A stretch of 64,000 nucleotides of DNA from Candidatus Eiseniibacteriota bacterium (GTDB taxonomy: Bacteria > Eisenbacteria > RBG-16-71-46). Under the pieces are notes generated by a model. The model had not been told where the DNA came from. It worked only from the letters and a program-made list of their open reading frames with translations, and did no database searches. Position numbers and translations under genes: made by a program. The stretch's first letter is position 1. Each line of letters opens with the position of its first letter. Location: positions 2,560,001 through 2,624,000 of the forward strand of contig OY970342.1 of the NCBI GenBank assembly GCA_963717505.1. Direction: 5' to 3'. This document shows positions 48,673 through 58,613 of the stretch, in pieces.

Positions 48673-49977
48673 CTAGCGCTCCACCACCCGGAACTTGGCG
48701 TAGACGAACGGATAGTGCGGTTGGAACCAGTTGCGGAAGGAACGGCGCAACATGCAGGCGGCGGTGCGCGGGGAGCCGCCCTTCATGACGTAGTGTTTGC
48801 CATCGAAGAAGTTCGCCGAATACCCGGGGTAGAAGGCGTAGGGCTGGAATCCGGCAAACGGAGCGAACACGGTTTCGGTCCACTCCCAGCCGTTGCCCAC
48901 CAGGTCGGCCACCCCGAACGCACTGTCCCCGGCCGGATAGGCCCCGACCGGAGCCGGATCCCAGTGCGCGAAATCGAAGTTCCCTCGCGACCGATCGGGC
49001 GGCTGCTCACCCCACGGGAACTCGCGCTCGGTCCCTTCCGGGGTTCCGAACGCCGCTCGGTGGTACTCGGCTTCGGTCGGCAGGGAGCCGCCGCGCCAGC
49101 GGACGAATGCTCGCGCCTCGGCGTGGCTCGAATAGACGGGTTCGTCCGGAGCGAGCGGGCGATCGCCGAACATTCCCTGCCAGAGCCAGCCCGAGCCGCT
49201 CGGCTTCCAAAAGCGTGGATAAGTTATCCGCTGCCGTTCGCGCCACGCCCAGGCCTCGTCGTCCCATAGCTCGGAACGGGAGTAGCCGCCGTCCTCTATG
49301 AACGCCAGGTACTCGCCATTCGAGACACTGTCGGCATCGATGACGAACGCCGGCACGTCGACCGAGTGCTCGAGGAACTCGTTGTCCCATCCGAACCCCT
49401 CGCCGCGACCACGGCCCAGAGTCGCCGCTCCGGCCGGAATGCGCACTGCGGGTCGCCGGGTGCGCCCCGAGGGTATCGAGGTCTCGACCTGCGCGTGCTT
49501 CCGGTCGGCCGGCATCTGATGAAGCATGTAGGCGAGTGTTTCGACGTGCATCAATCGGTGCTCGATCGCGGTTTCGAGCCGGACGGCCGATTCCGGGTTC
49601 GCGCCGGTGTCGTCACCGACGCATTCGTCGATCCTGCGTCGAACCGTCGCCCGGTAGTCGTACACGATGGACAAGTCGGGCCAGGCGGAGGGCGGATCCG
49701 AAGGCAGCGCGCCATCGACCGGATCGATTCCGAACGCGAACAACCGGTCGAGGGCGTCGTCGAACGGCTCGACCCGGAATCCGTCGCGGGCGATCAGGTT
49801 CCAGTCGAAGGCCTCGAGATGACCGATGTAGAAAACGATGCGGTGCCGCTCCGGGATCGGGCGCTCGTAGAGCGCTTCGCGACGCACGCACTGAAAGAGC
49901 CGGTCGGAGGACTCGCGGGCCTCGGCCAGTCGGCCCGCGAGCGCGGCTGGGGGTTCGGTGGAGCGGACAACGGTCAT
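48673..49977 (-). CDS. egtB: Ergothioneine sulfoxide synthase (DinB-like + FGE-sulfatase domains); alternative start 50019
   Basis: FYIGH and EHRLMHVE iron triad; FGWDNE, LPTEAE, GNGWEW, YPGYSANFFDGKH, RRSFRNWF; adjacent to egtD. Confidence 0.85.
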   Translation of the reverse strand: MTVVRSTEPPAALAGRLAEARESSDRLFQCVRREALYERPIPERHRIVFYIGHLEAFDWNLIARDGFRVEPFDDALDRLFAFGIDPVDGALPSDPPSAWPDLSIVYDYRATVRRRIDECVGDDTGANPESAVRLETAIEHRLMHVETLAYMLHQMPADRKHAQVETSIPSGRTRRPAVRIPAGAATLGRGRGEGFGWDNEFLEHSVDVPAFVIDADSVSNGEYLAFIEDGGYSRSELWDDEAWAWRERQRITYPRFWKPSGSGWLWQGMFGDRPLAPDEPVYSSHAEARAFVRWRGGSLPTEAEYHRAAFGTPEGTEREFPWGEQPPDRSRGNFDFAHWDPAPVGAYPAGDSAFGVADLVGNGWEWTETVFAPFAGFQPYAFYPGYSANFFDGKHYVMKGGSPRTAACMLRRSFRNWFQPHYPFVYAKFRVVER

Positions 49978-50109
49978 CGCAGGGCCCCCTTCATCGGCTC
50001 GGTCGTACGCCGGTGCCATTGCGGCTCGAACGAGCCGGAGATGGTCCGGATGGCCAGAAGCGCCTGAAGCCTACCACCCGATCCCGGGAGCGGGGAGGGT
50101 GCTGGACGA

Positions 50110-50143
50110 ACGGCCACCCTCGCCCAGCGGCGGGGGTGGCCGT
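50110..50143 (-). terminator. GC-rich hairpin downstream of the peptidase gene
   Basis: acggccaccctcgcc-cagc-ggcgggggtggccgt stem-loop. Confidence 0.45.
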
Positions 50144-50166
50144 CGAATGCCTGCGGGAGGTGGAGC

Positions 50167-53091
50167 CTAGCGGACGACCAACACGGCTTCCGAGGCTCGT
50201 GCGCCCGCCTGGGACAACCGGGCGAAGTAGGGTCCGTTGGGAACCAGTCGACCGCGGTCGTCCCGGCCATCCCACACCGCTGTGTGTTCGCCGGGCTCGA
50301 CCTCGGCATCGATCACCGAGCGGATCGAGCGTCCCTGGATGTCGAAGATGGTCAGCTCCACGCGGCCGCGCTCCGCCACGCGGTAGCGCAGCGACGTCGA
50401 GGACCGGAGTGGATTCGGAGACGGACGCGCGAGCGCGAAGGTGCCGGTGGCGGCCGGGTCTTCGACCGACACGGTCGGATCGAACCCGTAGATGGCGAAG
50501 TCGTCGACCAGCGCTTCGACCAGAGACCCCAGCAGCTTGTCGGTCGCGATGAAGCGGACCTTCATGTTGGCGGTCGGCGTCACGTAGTCGTGAATGAAGA
50601 ACATGGATCGGTACCACGACCGGTCGGCGAGCAGCGTGTTCTCGACCGTGGTCCAGCTGGTGCCACCGTTGCTCGAGATCTGAACGATCCACAGATCGTC
50701 CTCGATCGGATTGTCGCCGCCGTTGTTGGTGTACCAGCGATGGAAGCTCACGACCGGCCGCACGAGGCCGCCGGCCACGCCGCTGAAGGTCGCGGAAGTC
50801 AGCGTGGTATTGCCGCCGTCGACGTCGTATGTGCCGGGGTAGAAGCTGGTGCGGTGGTCGGTGACGTAACACAGGGTCCCGCCCGGGGAATGATCAGCGG
50901 AGGGTTGGATGTTCGTGAGTTCCGGAGCGGCCCGTTCCCAGACGCCACTGGTCGCACTGTCGGTCGGGGCGCCCACGGTCCAGCCCTGGTTGGTCTCGAA
51001 GTTGTTCTCGAGCATCAACGAGTACAGCCCACCCAGGAACTTGTGATTCCGGGTTGGCGCGCCCCACGGCTCGATCTGGACGCCACCGTCCTCGGTCCTG
51101 GCCTGCACGTAGTAGCGAATGATTGCCGAGGCCTGCTGCGGCACCTGGGCGCCGTACTCGTCTGGATTCCCGGTCGGGAACATCGGGAACGAGTTGAAGG
51201 GGCTGCCATTGACCGAGTAGTAGAAGACCGGCGAGAACGTGTCGAGCGCACCGATCGGTCCGTTGTAGGTGATCACGGCGTTGACCGGGAACGGGCCGAT
51301 GCTGTTCTCGTCGGCCGCGGTGACGTCGATGTCGATGAAGAAATTCGTGCCGATGCCGTGGGCATTGAACGCGTTGACGATCGTCGTGTAGTGCGGTGTA
51401 CCGTTCGCCAGGTTGCCATCGGTGTCGTCCGCGACCAGGACCTCGATGAAGTACTCGCTGAGCGCGACGCCGTCATTGAGATCGTCGGGGGTGCCGTACT
51501 TCGCGAAGTGAGCGAGGCGGCGAGCGGTGGTCAGCCCCAGGGCTACCCGGATGTCCCACATGGCCCCGGCCACGATCAGGCCGGTCTCGTGGGCCGAGAC
51601 CGGGTTCTGCTTGTCCGGGTAGCGATACGTGTTGTTCACGGAACGGACGAAGGTGCCGGGTCCGAAGATGCCCTTGCCGAACGTGGGATTGTCCTGAAAG
51701 AGGGTGGCGTTGATATCGGCTGTTCCCTCCTGCAGGGCGTAGTTGTCCATGCCGCCTGAGATGCCTTGTGAGAAGTAGAGGTTGTCGTTGATGGCGTGCC
51801 CGTACTCGTGGTAGAGGAAGTCGGGCATTGTCGCGGTGGCCGGACAGCCGTCGCCGGCCGACAGGAACTGCAGCGCGAAACCGTCCCAGAACGCATTGCA
51901 GTGGTCGTCGTGGTCGACGTAGCAGAGGATGCTGTAGTCGGTGGCCGTGAACGCGGGATCGACCGATTTGACGAAATCGCGCGCGAGGTTCAGGTGGTAG
52001 AAGGCGTCGCGCTCCGAGTCCGTCGAATTGGAGATGGTCCAGCCGATGTTGACGGTCGCCGGGTTGGCCGCGGACTGGGCAAAGAACGCCTCGTTGCTCG
52101 GGCAGATGTCGAGCACGCAACGCTCGACGTCGAGATAGGGACCGCGGATTCCGGCCTGAACCTGCTGGGTTCCTATGACGTTGGCAGTGTACACGCCGGC
52201 GGCGTTGGTGGTGTCGGTCACCGCGCCGACCGTGACCAGCGCGTTGCCGAACGACCGTGTGGTCAGCGCGTCGGTCGGCAAGTTGAGATGGACTTGACCG
52301 TTCACCGTGCCGCCGATCGCCGCGAAGATGCGATTGCGGCGCATCAGGATCTCGCCGGTATGCGCGTCGACCAGCGTCTTCCAATTGCCGATGGGCTTCA
52401 CCGTGCGCACCCAGACTTCGTATACCAGGCGATACTCGAGGCCTTCGCTCCCGGAGTAGGGAAGAATGTAGAGGTCGCCGCCCTCGATGCGGTCGCGGGT
52501 GGCATCGAACGCGAGTCCGTTGCGCGCCGCTTCGCGCGCGACCGCGAACGGAATGCGCGGGGACGTCACGAGCGACGAACTGGGCTCGTGGGCATCCGCC
52601 CCGAACAACATGAGCCCACCGTTGGCACCGACGCGGAACTCCCAATCGGAGTAGAGCACCGGGATGCCGGCCACGGTCTGCCGATAGCGGACGTACCAGA
52701 GGTCGTTGACCCGCGTCGCCTTGGCTAGCTCGAGGTTGGGGCGGCCGCCGAACAGATCGGGGTTCTGTGTGATGAAGCCGCGAACCGCGCGATCGGCGCC
52801 GACCTCATCGTTCTGGAAGTTCGCCAGCGCGACCGGCGGGCCGTACGCGCGATGCGGAGTCCGCGTGACTTCGTTCCAGACGGCTCTCCATGCGCCGTAC
52901 CGCGAACGAAAGCCCGTCCATTCGACCCCGCGGGACAGCTCCTGCTGGATCTTGGCGCGGCGCGCTTCGGGAATTCCTCGGAGTTCGATGGTCCCTTCGC
53001 TGGGAGCGGTCGGGACCGCGGCCTGAACGATGGGGGCGGCGAGGGCAAGCAGGACGGGAGCCGTCCACGCCAGTCTTCTCAGCGACGGCAT
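50167..53091 (-). CDS. Secreted M4/M36-like zinc metallopeptidase (FTP/PepSY propeptide) with C-terminal FlgD-Ig domain
   Basis: GGAGG RBS; signal peptide; LVDAHTGEIL (PepSY), NAFWDG, HEYGH, LQEGTAD; C-terminus PNPLRSST...WDGRDDRG...GPYFARL. Confidence 0.85.
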   Translation of the reverse strand: MPSLRRLAWTAPVLLALAAPIVQAAVPTAPSEGTIELRGIPEARRAKIQQELSRGVEWTGFRSRYGAWRAVWNEVTRTPHRAYGPPVALANFQNDEVGADRAVRGFITQNPDLFGGRPNLELAKATRVNDLWYVRYRQTVAGIPVLYSDWEFRVGANGGLMLFGADAHEPSSSLVTSPRIPFAVAREAARNGLAFDATRDRIEGGDLYILPYSGSEGLEYRLVYEVWVRTVKPIGNWKTLVDAHTGEILMRRNRIFAAIGGTVNGQVHLNLPTDALTTRSFGNALVTVGAVTDTTNAAGVYTANVIGTQQVQAGIRGPYLDVERCVLDICPSNEAFFAQSAANPATVNIGWTISNSTDSERDAFYHLNLARDFVKSVDPAFTATDYSILCYVDHDDHCNAFWDGFALQFLSAGDGCPATATMPDFLYHEYGHAINDNLYFSQGISGGMDNYALQEGTADINATLFQDNPTFGKGIFGPGTFVRSVNNTYRYPDKQNPVSAHETGLIVAGAMWDIRVALGLTTARRLAHFAKYGTPDDLNDGVALSEYFIEVLVADDTDGNLANGTPHYTTIVNAFNAHGIGTNFFIDIDVTAADENSIGPFPVNAVITYNGPIGALDTFSPVFYYSVNGSPFNSFPMFPTGNPDEYGAQVPQQASAIIRYYVQARTEDGGVQIEPWGAPTRNHKFLGGLYSLMLENNFETNQGWTVGAPTDSATSGVWERAAPELTNIQPSADHSPGGTLCYVTDHRTSFYPGTYDVDGGNTTLTSATFSGVAGGLVRPVVSFHRWYTNNGGDNPIEDDLWIVQISSNGGTSWTTVENTLLADRSWYRSMFFIHDYVTPTANMKVRFIATDKLLGSLVEALVDDFAIYGFDPTVSVEDPAATGTFALARPSPNPLRSSTSLRYRVAERGRVELTIFDIQGRSIRSVIDAEVEPGEHTAVWDGRDDRGRLVPNGPYFARLSQAGARASEAVLVVR

Positions 53092-53423
53092 GACACCTCC
53101 TAGGGGGGCTACACGCAAGCCGTAGATGGGTGTTCCCGGCGCGACCGTGAACAAAGAGGATGAGGGCACAATCAACAACAACCACCGCGTCGAAGGGGTG
53201 ACGGGGATGGCGGTGTTTCAGGGCGGCAAGACTATCTCACGAACGGGCCCGACGCGACAACCCCTTTGTGCAGGGCAAGGCGTTGGCCCATGCAGTATTG
53301 CAAGCCTTCGCCGGTCCGGACTTCCGGGGGTTGCACTCCCTACGGGAGGGGGGGCATCCTGCCCCGGATTCGACGGCCCGGGCGGCTCCCCGGTCCCCGG
53401 CACTCGCTCGACGGAGGCGGCTC

Positions 53424-53825
53424 ATGCTCAAAGAGTTCAAGGAGTTCCTGCTCAAGACCAACGCTCTGGCTTTGGCGGTTGGTGTCATCATCGGCGCGGC
53501 CGTCGGCAAGGTGGTGAGCTCCCTGGTCAGCGACATCCTTATGCCGCTGATCGGCGTGGCGCTACCGGGGGGCGCGTGGCGGGAACAGAAGCTGGTCCTG
53601 AGCGCCAACCCCGACGGCAGTGCGGCGAACGCCATCACCTATGGGGCATTCCTTGGGAATATCGTGGACTTCGTGATCGTCGCGTTCGTCGTGTTCATGA
53701 TCACGAAGGCCATGCTCAAGCCGGCCCCGGCGCCTCCGGGCGCTCCGACCAAATCGTGCCCGGCCTGTCTGGAGACGATTCCCCAGGCCGCCACCCGCTG
53801 CCGGGCCTGCACGAGTCCGGTGTAG
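53424..53825 (+). CDS. mscL: Large-conductance mechanosensitive channel with C-terminal zinc-ribbon
   Basis: MLKEFKEF, LAVGVIIGAA, LVSDILMP, YGAFL..IVDFVIVAF; CPAC...CRAC tail. Confidence 0.92.
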   Translation: MLKEFKEFLLKTNALALAVGVIIGAAVGKVVSSLVSDILMPLIGVALPGGAWREQKLVLSANPDGSAANAITYGAFLGNIVDFVIVAFVVFMITKAMLKPAPAPPGAPTKSCPACLETIPQAATRCRACTSPV

Positions 53826-53886
53826 CTTTCCGGATCGGGTCGCGGGGCTGGAAGGGTTTTCCTTCGAGCCGATCGGGCAAAACGAG

Positions 53887-53912
53887 ACGGGCGGCGCTTA
53901 CGCGCCGCCCGT
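53887..53912. terminator. Hairpin between convergent mscL and csp
   Basis: acgggcggcgc-ttac-gcgccgcccgt, 11-bp stem. Confidence 0.6.
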
Positions 53913-53935
53913 TACGGTGAGGCGGTTCCCCGGGC

Positions 53936-54139
53936 CTACGACGACCGGCGGACGTTGCCTGCCTGCAGTCCCTTCGGACCGCGGCTGACTTCGAATTCAA
54001 CCGTATCGCCCTCGGCCAGCGTGCGGAATCCATCGCCCTGGATCGCCGAATAGTGAACGAACACGTCGTCACCACCATCCTGCGAAATGAAGCCGAAGCC
54101 CTTCGTCTCGTTGAACCACTTCACCCGACCGGTTGCCAC
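53936..54139 (-). CDS. Cold-shock protein (CspA family)
   Basis: [15 protein letters not shown] (RNP1), VFVHY (RNP2); AAGGAG RBS with GTG start. Confidence 0.95.
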   Translation of the reverse strand: MATGRVKWFNETKGFGFISQDGGDDVFVHYSAIQGDGFRTLAEGDTVEFEVSRGPKGLQAGNVRRSS

Positions 54140-54242
54140 GTTGAATACTCCTTGCGATTTCCTGCGGACTCTCGCCCGCGACTACTGCCGTCCAGACGCG
54201 ACGGCGACGCCCGGTCCCTGTGACCGGGTCTCGGCGCGGCTC

Positions 54243-54271
54243 AAAGAAAAGCCGCCAGGTTCCTGGCGGCT
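54243..54271 (-). terminator. Intrinsic terminator within the csp 5' leader
   Basis: Minus strand AGCCGCCAG-GAAC-CTGGCGGCT followed by TTTCTTT. Confidence 0.6.
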
Positions 54272-54307
54272 GCTGGCCTCATATGGCGCCCCACCGAAGA
54301 CGGCCGG

Positions 54308-54336
54308 AGTATCGGCACGCCCGAGCGTTCAGTCAA
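54308..54336 (-). promoter_or_regulatory. Sigma70-type promoter for csp
   Basis: Minus strand TTGACT-N17-GATACT. Confidence 0.55.
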
Positions 54337-54493
54337 GGCCTGTCTGGAAACGGCAAAGCCGGCCGCGCGTTCCGCACCCAAGGTCGTCGCCGCAAATGCC
54401 GAAGAATCCAACGGATCCGCGCGTTCCCCGACTCCGGCCCGAGTCGGTTTTCGTGATAACCTCCGCGCCCACGTTCCGGCCCTCGAGGATCTC

Positions 54494-57344
54494 GTGACCG
54501 ACCCGCTCGACGCCATCCACCAGGCCAACGCGGCCTACATCGACCGCCTTTACGACCGCTTTCGGGAGGATCCGACCTCGGTCCCGCCCGACTGGGCCGT
54601 GTTCTTTGCCGGCTTCGAGTTGGGCGGCGCACGCGGGCTCGCTCCTGTCGCCGGCGTAACCACCGGCGGCGTCATCGGGCTCGTGCACGCGTACCGGGAA
54701 TTCGGCCACCGGATCGCCCGGATCGACCCGCTGAGCGAGCCCCCGCCCGAGCGCAGGCAGCTCGATCCCGCGGCCCATGGCCTGTCCCCGGCCGACCTGG
54801 ACCGGCCGCTGGGGAACCACCCGTTCCGCGGGCCCGTGAACGGTGTGGTGCGCGACTTGATCACGGCCCTGCGCGACACCTACTGCGGCTCGATCGGCGT
54901 CGAGTTCATGGGGATCCCCGAGCGCGAGCGACGCGAATGGCTCCAGGAGCGCATGGAGTCGGTCCGCAACCGTCCCGTCTTCGAGCCCGCGGCGCGTGTC
55001 AACCTGCTGCAGGGACTGCGGGTCGCCGACGCCTTCGAGCAGTTCCTGCACGTGAAGTACGTAGGACAGAAACGATTCTCGCTCGAAGGCGCCGCCACGC
55101 TGATTCCGATGCTCGAGACTCTGGTCGACGCGGCCGCGGCGATCGGAGTCCAGCAGATCGTGATCGGAATGCCCCATCGTGGCCGGCTCAACGTCCTGGC
55201 CAACGTCCTGCACAAGCCACTCGATGTGATCTTCGGCGAGTTCGAGGCGAATTTCGCGCCCGGTGATGTGCAGGGCCACGGGGACGTAAAGTACCACCTC
55301 GGCTATTCGACGCTGCGCACCACCGCCGACGGCCGCGCGATCGATCTGGATCTCAACTTCAATCCCAGCCACCTCGAGTTCGTGAATCCGGTGGTCCTCG
55401 GCTCGATGCGCGCGCGCCAGGACCACATGGGGGATTCGCGAGCGATCGCGCGGTATTCCGGTGCTGATCCATGGCGACGCCGCCTTCTCGGGCGAGGGCA
55501 TCGTGCCCGAGACCCTGGTGCTCGCTCAGCTGCCCGCCTATCGCACCGGCGGAACCATTCACATCCTGGTCAACAACCAGATCGGCTTCACCACCTCGCC
55601 CTCGGACGTCCGCGCCTACGCGCTACTGCACCGACATGGCCCGCGCGATCGACGCCCCGGTGTTCCACGTCAATGGCGACGATCCCGAAGCCGCGGTCCA
55701 TGCCGTGCGTCTGGCGGTCGCGTATCGCGACCAATTCAAATCGGACGCGATCGTGGATCTGATCTGCTATCGCAAACACGGCCACAACGAGATGGACGAT
55801 CCGACCTTCACCCAGCCGGTGATGTATCGAGCCATTGCGAGCCATGCCCCGGCATCGCGCCGCTACGCCGAGCGCCTGCAGGCCGAGGGCGTCCTCGAGC
55901 CGGCCACGCTCGAGGCGATGGATTCGGAGATCGACGAGCGGCTCCAGGCGGCGCATCGCCGAGCGCGCGCCACGCCGGGCACCAGCGAAGTGCCGCTGGG
56001 CGGAGCCTGGAACGGCCTCGAATGGGCCGGAGACGATTGGACGGCCGACACCTCGGTGGCTCGCGATCGGATCCACTCGGTGCTCGCCGGCATCACCCGG
56101 GTCCCCGAGGGTTTTCACGTCCATCCGCGCGCGGCGCGATTGCTCGAAGAGCGCGCCGCGATGGTGGCCCAGGACCGGATCGACTGGGGCTGCGGCGAGG
56201 CGCTGGCGCTCGGAACGCTGCTGATGGACGGATACAACGTGCGCCTGAGCGGGCAGGACACGGGACGCGGCACGTTCAGTCACCGCCATGCGGTCCTGCA
56301 CGACCACGAGAACGGGGCGCGCTGGGTGCCGCTCCAGCACCTGTCCGCCAACCAGGGCCGATTCGAGATCATCGACACCATGCTGAGCGAGGCGGCGGTC
56401 CTCGGGTTCGAATACGGCTACACGACCGCCGATCCCAACACGCTGGTGCTGTGGGAGGCTCAGTTCGGCGACTTCACCAACGTGGCTCAGGTGATCGTCG
56501 ACCAGTTTCTCGCCAGCGCCGAGTCGAAGTGGCGGCGGATGTCGGGTCTGGTGCTCCTGCTGCCCCACGGCTACGAGGGCCAGGGGCCTGAGCACTCGAG
56601 CGCCCGACTCGAGCGGTTCCTCGAGCTGTGCGCCGACGGCAATCTCCAGGTGTGCAATCTGACCACGCCGGCGCAGTTGTTCCACGCGCTGCGGCGCCAG
56701 CATACACCGCCGGTTCCGCAAGCCGCTGGTGCTGATGAGCCCGAAGAGCCTGCTGCGGCACAAGCGCGCGGTCTCGCCGGTCGCCGAGTTCATCGGCGGC
56801 AGCTTCCGCAACCTGATCGACGATGCCGGCGTCGGGGATCCGGAGTCGGTGCGCTCCGTGCTCCTGGTGTCCGGGAAGCTCTACTACGCGCTCGAGGAGG
56901 CACGCGAAGAGTCGGGCGTCCAGGGAGGCGGCGATCGTCCGGGTCGAGCAGCTCTATCCGTTCCCGCGACAGGAGCTGGCGAACCTGCTCAAACGCTACC
57001 CGCGTGCGCGCGAGGTGCGCTGGGTGCAGGAGGAGCCGGCCAACATGGGCGGATGGCGCAGTCTGCGCCACCGCATCGAATCGATCGTGCCGGCGGGGAT
57101 GTCCCTCAAGCTGGTCTCGCGTCCGGCGTCGCCGACGCCGGCGACCGGGTACTATCCCCGGCACGTCGAGGAGGAGCGATTGGTGATCGAACGGGCTCTG
57201 GCTGCGTCAGATGTGCACGCCGTCACCCCTGCGTCCCGGCGCGCCGGCCGGCCAACGGAGTGGGCGGATGATGGTCGACGTCCAGGTTCCGCGACTTGCC
57301 GAGTCGATCTCCGAGGCCGTGCTGGTCGAGTGGCTGCAGCCTGA
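54494..57344 (+). CDS. sucA: 2-oxoglutarate dehydrogenase E1 (at least 4 frameshifts; true 3' end may be 57271)
   Basis: [70 protein letters not shown] spread across frames; shifts near 55436, 55614, 56701 and 56922. Confidence 0.88.
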
Positions 57345-58613
57345 CGGGGCCACCGTCCGCGCCGACGAGCCGATCGCCACACTCGAAACCGACAAGGCGG
57401 CGGTGGAAATCGCGGCGAGTTCCGCCGGCGTTCTGCGCCACGCTCGCAAGGTGGGCGAACGCGTGACGGTGGGCGATGTGCTGGCGCGGATCGAGGCCGG
57501 AGGGCCGGCCGAAGCCACGACTCAGGCCGGGCGGGCGCGCACCGGTGCCGCGTCCGCGGGAGCGGGCACGAGTCCGACGGTCGCCCCACCTGCACCCGCG
57601 CGCGAGGCGACCGCCCCCGCGTTGCCCGCGCGTCGCGACGCCTCGAGCAGCGGCAACGGCGGAACGCCGCCACTGTCCCCGGCGGTGCGGCGCCTGGTCG
57701 AGGAACACGGACTCGAACCCGGAGCCGTGCCCGGCACCGGCCAAGGCGGACGGTTGCTCAAGGAGGACGTGCTTCGCCATCTGGCGTCCGCCACTCCCGA
57801 ATCGGCTTCCGGGCCCGTGGCGCCTGCGGCTTCGACTCCCGTGATGCCGGCGGCCCCGGCCGCGACTCCGGCTTCGGCACGTGTCCCGGCGCCGGTATCG
57901 GCGGCCGGCGAAGAGGACGACGAAGTCGTGCCGATGAGCCGTATCCGGCAGCGCATCGCCGAGCGACTGGTGCAGGCGCAGCACACCGCCGCGATCCTGA
58001 CCACGTTCAACGAGATCGACATGACCGCGGTTCTGGATCTGCGCGCGCGCTATCGGAGCGGTTCGAGAAACAGCACGGCGTGCGCCTCGGGTTCATGAGC
58101 TTCTTCACGCGTGCCTGCGTCCTGGCGTTTCAGGACGTCCCCGCGCTCAATGCCGAGATCCGCGGCACCGACCTCGTGTTGCATCGCCGGGTTCACATGG
58201 GGGTCGCGGTCGGCACCGACCGCGAGGCCTGGTGGTGCCGGTGGTCCGCGACGCGCACCGGCGGACGTTCGCCGGGATCGAGCGCGAGGTCGAGCGGCTC
58301 GCGAGCCGGGCGCGCGACGGTTCCGCTGACCCTCGACGAGCTGACCGGCGGCACCTTCACGATCTCGAACGGTGGTGTCTACGGCTCGCTGCTCTCGACG
58401 CCGATCCTGAATCCGCCGCAGAGCGGGATCCTCGGCATGCACAAGATCGAGAAGCGCCCGATCGCGGTGAACGACGAGGTCGTGGTGCGGCCGATGATGT
58501 ACGTCGCGTTGTCGTACGACCACCGGATCGTGGACGGCGAGCAGGCGGTGACGTTCCTGGTGCGCGTCAAGGAGCGCCTCGAGGATCCCGAGCGGATGCT
58601 GTTCGAATTGTGA
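57268..58613 (+). CDS. sucB: Dihydrolipoyl succinyltransferase E2 (3 frameshifts)
   Basis: Lipoyl ETDKA, PSBD PAVRRL...[32 protein letters not shown]; shifts near 58056, 58224 and 58324. Confidence 0.88.

Noticed and set aside
47695-49977. Dedicated selenoneine cluster (senA/senB/senC)
   Set aside because: No SenB glycosyltransferase or SelD-like gene lies next to egtB/egtD.
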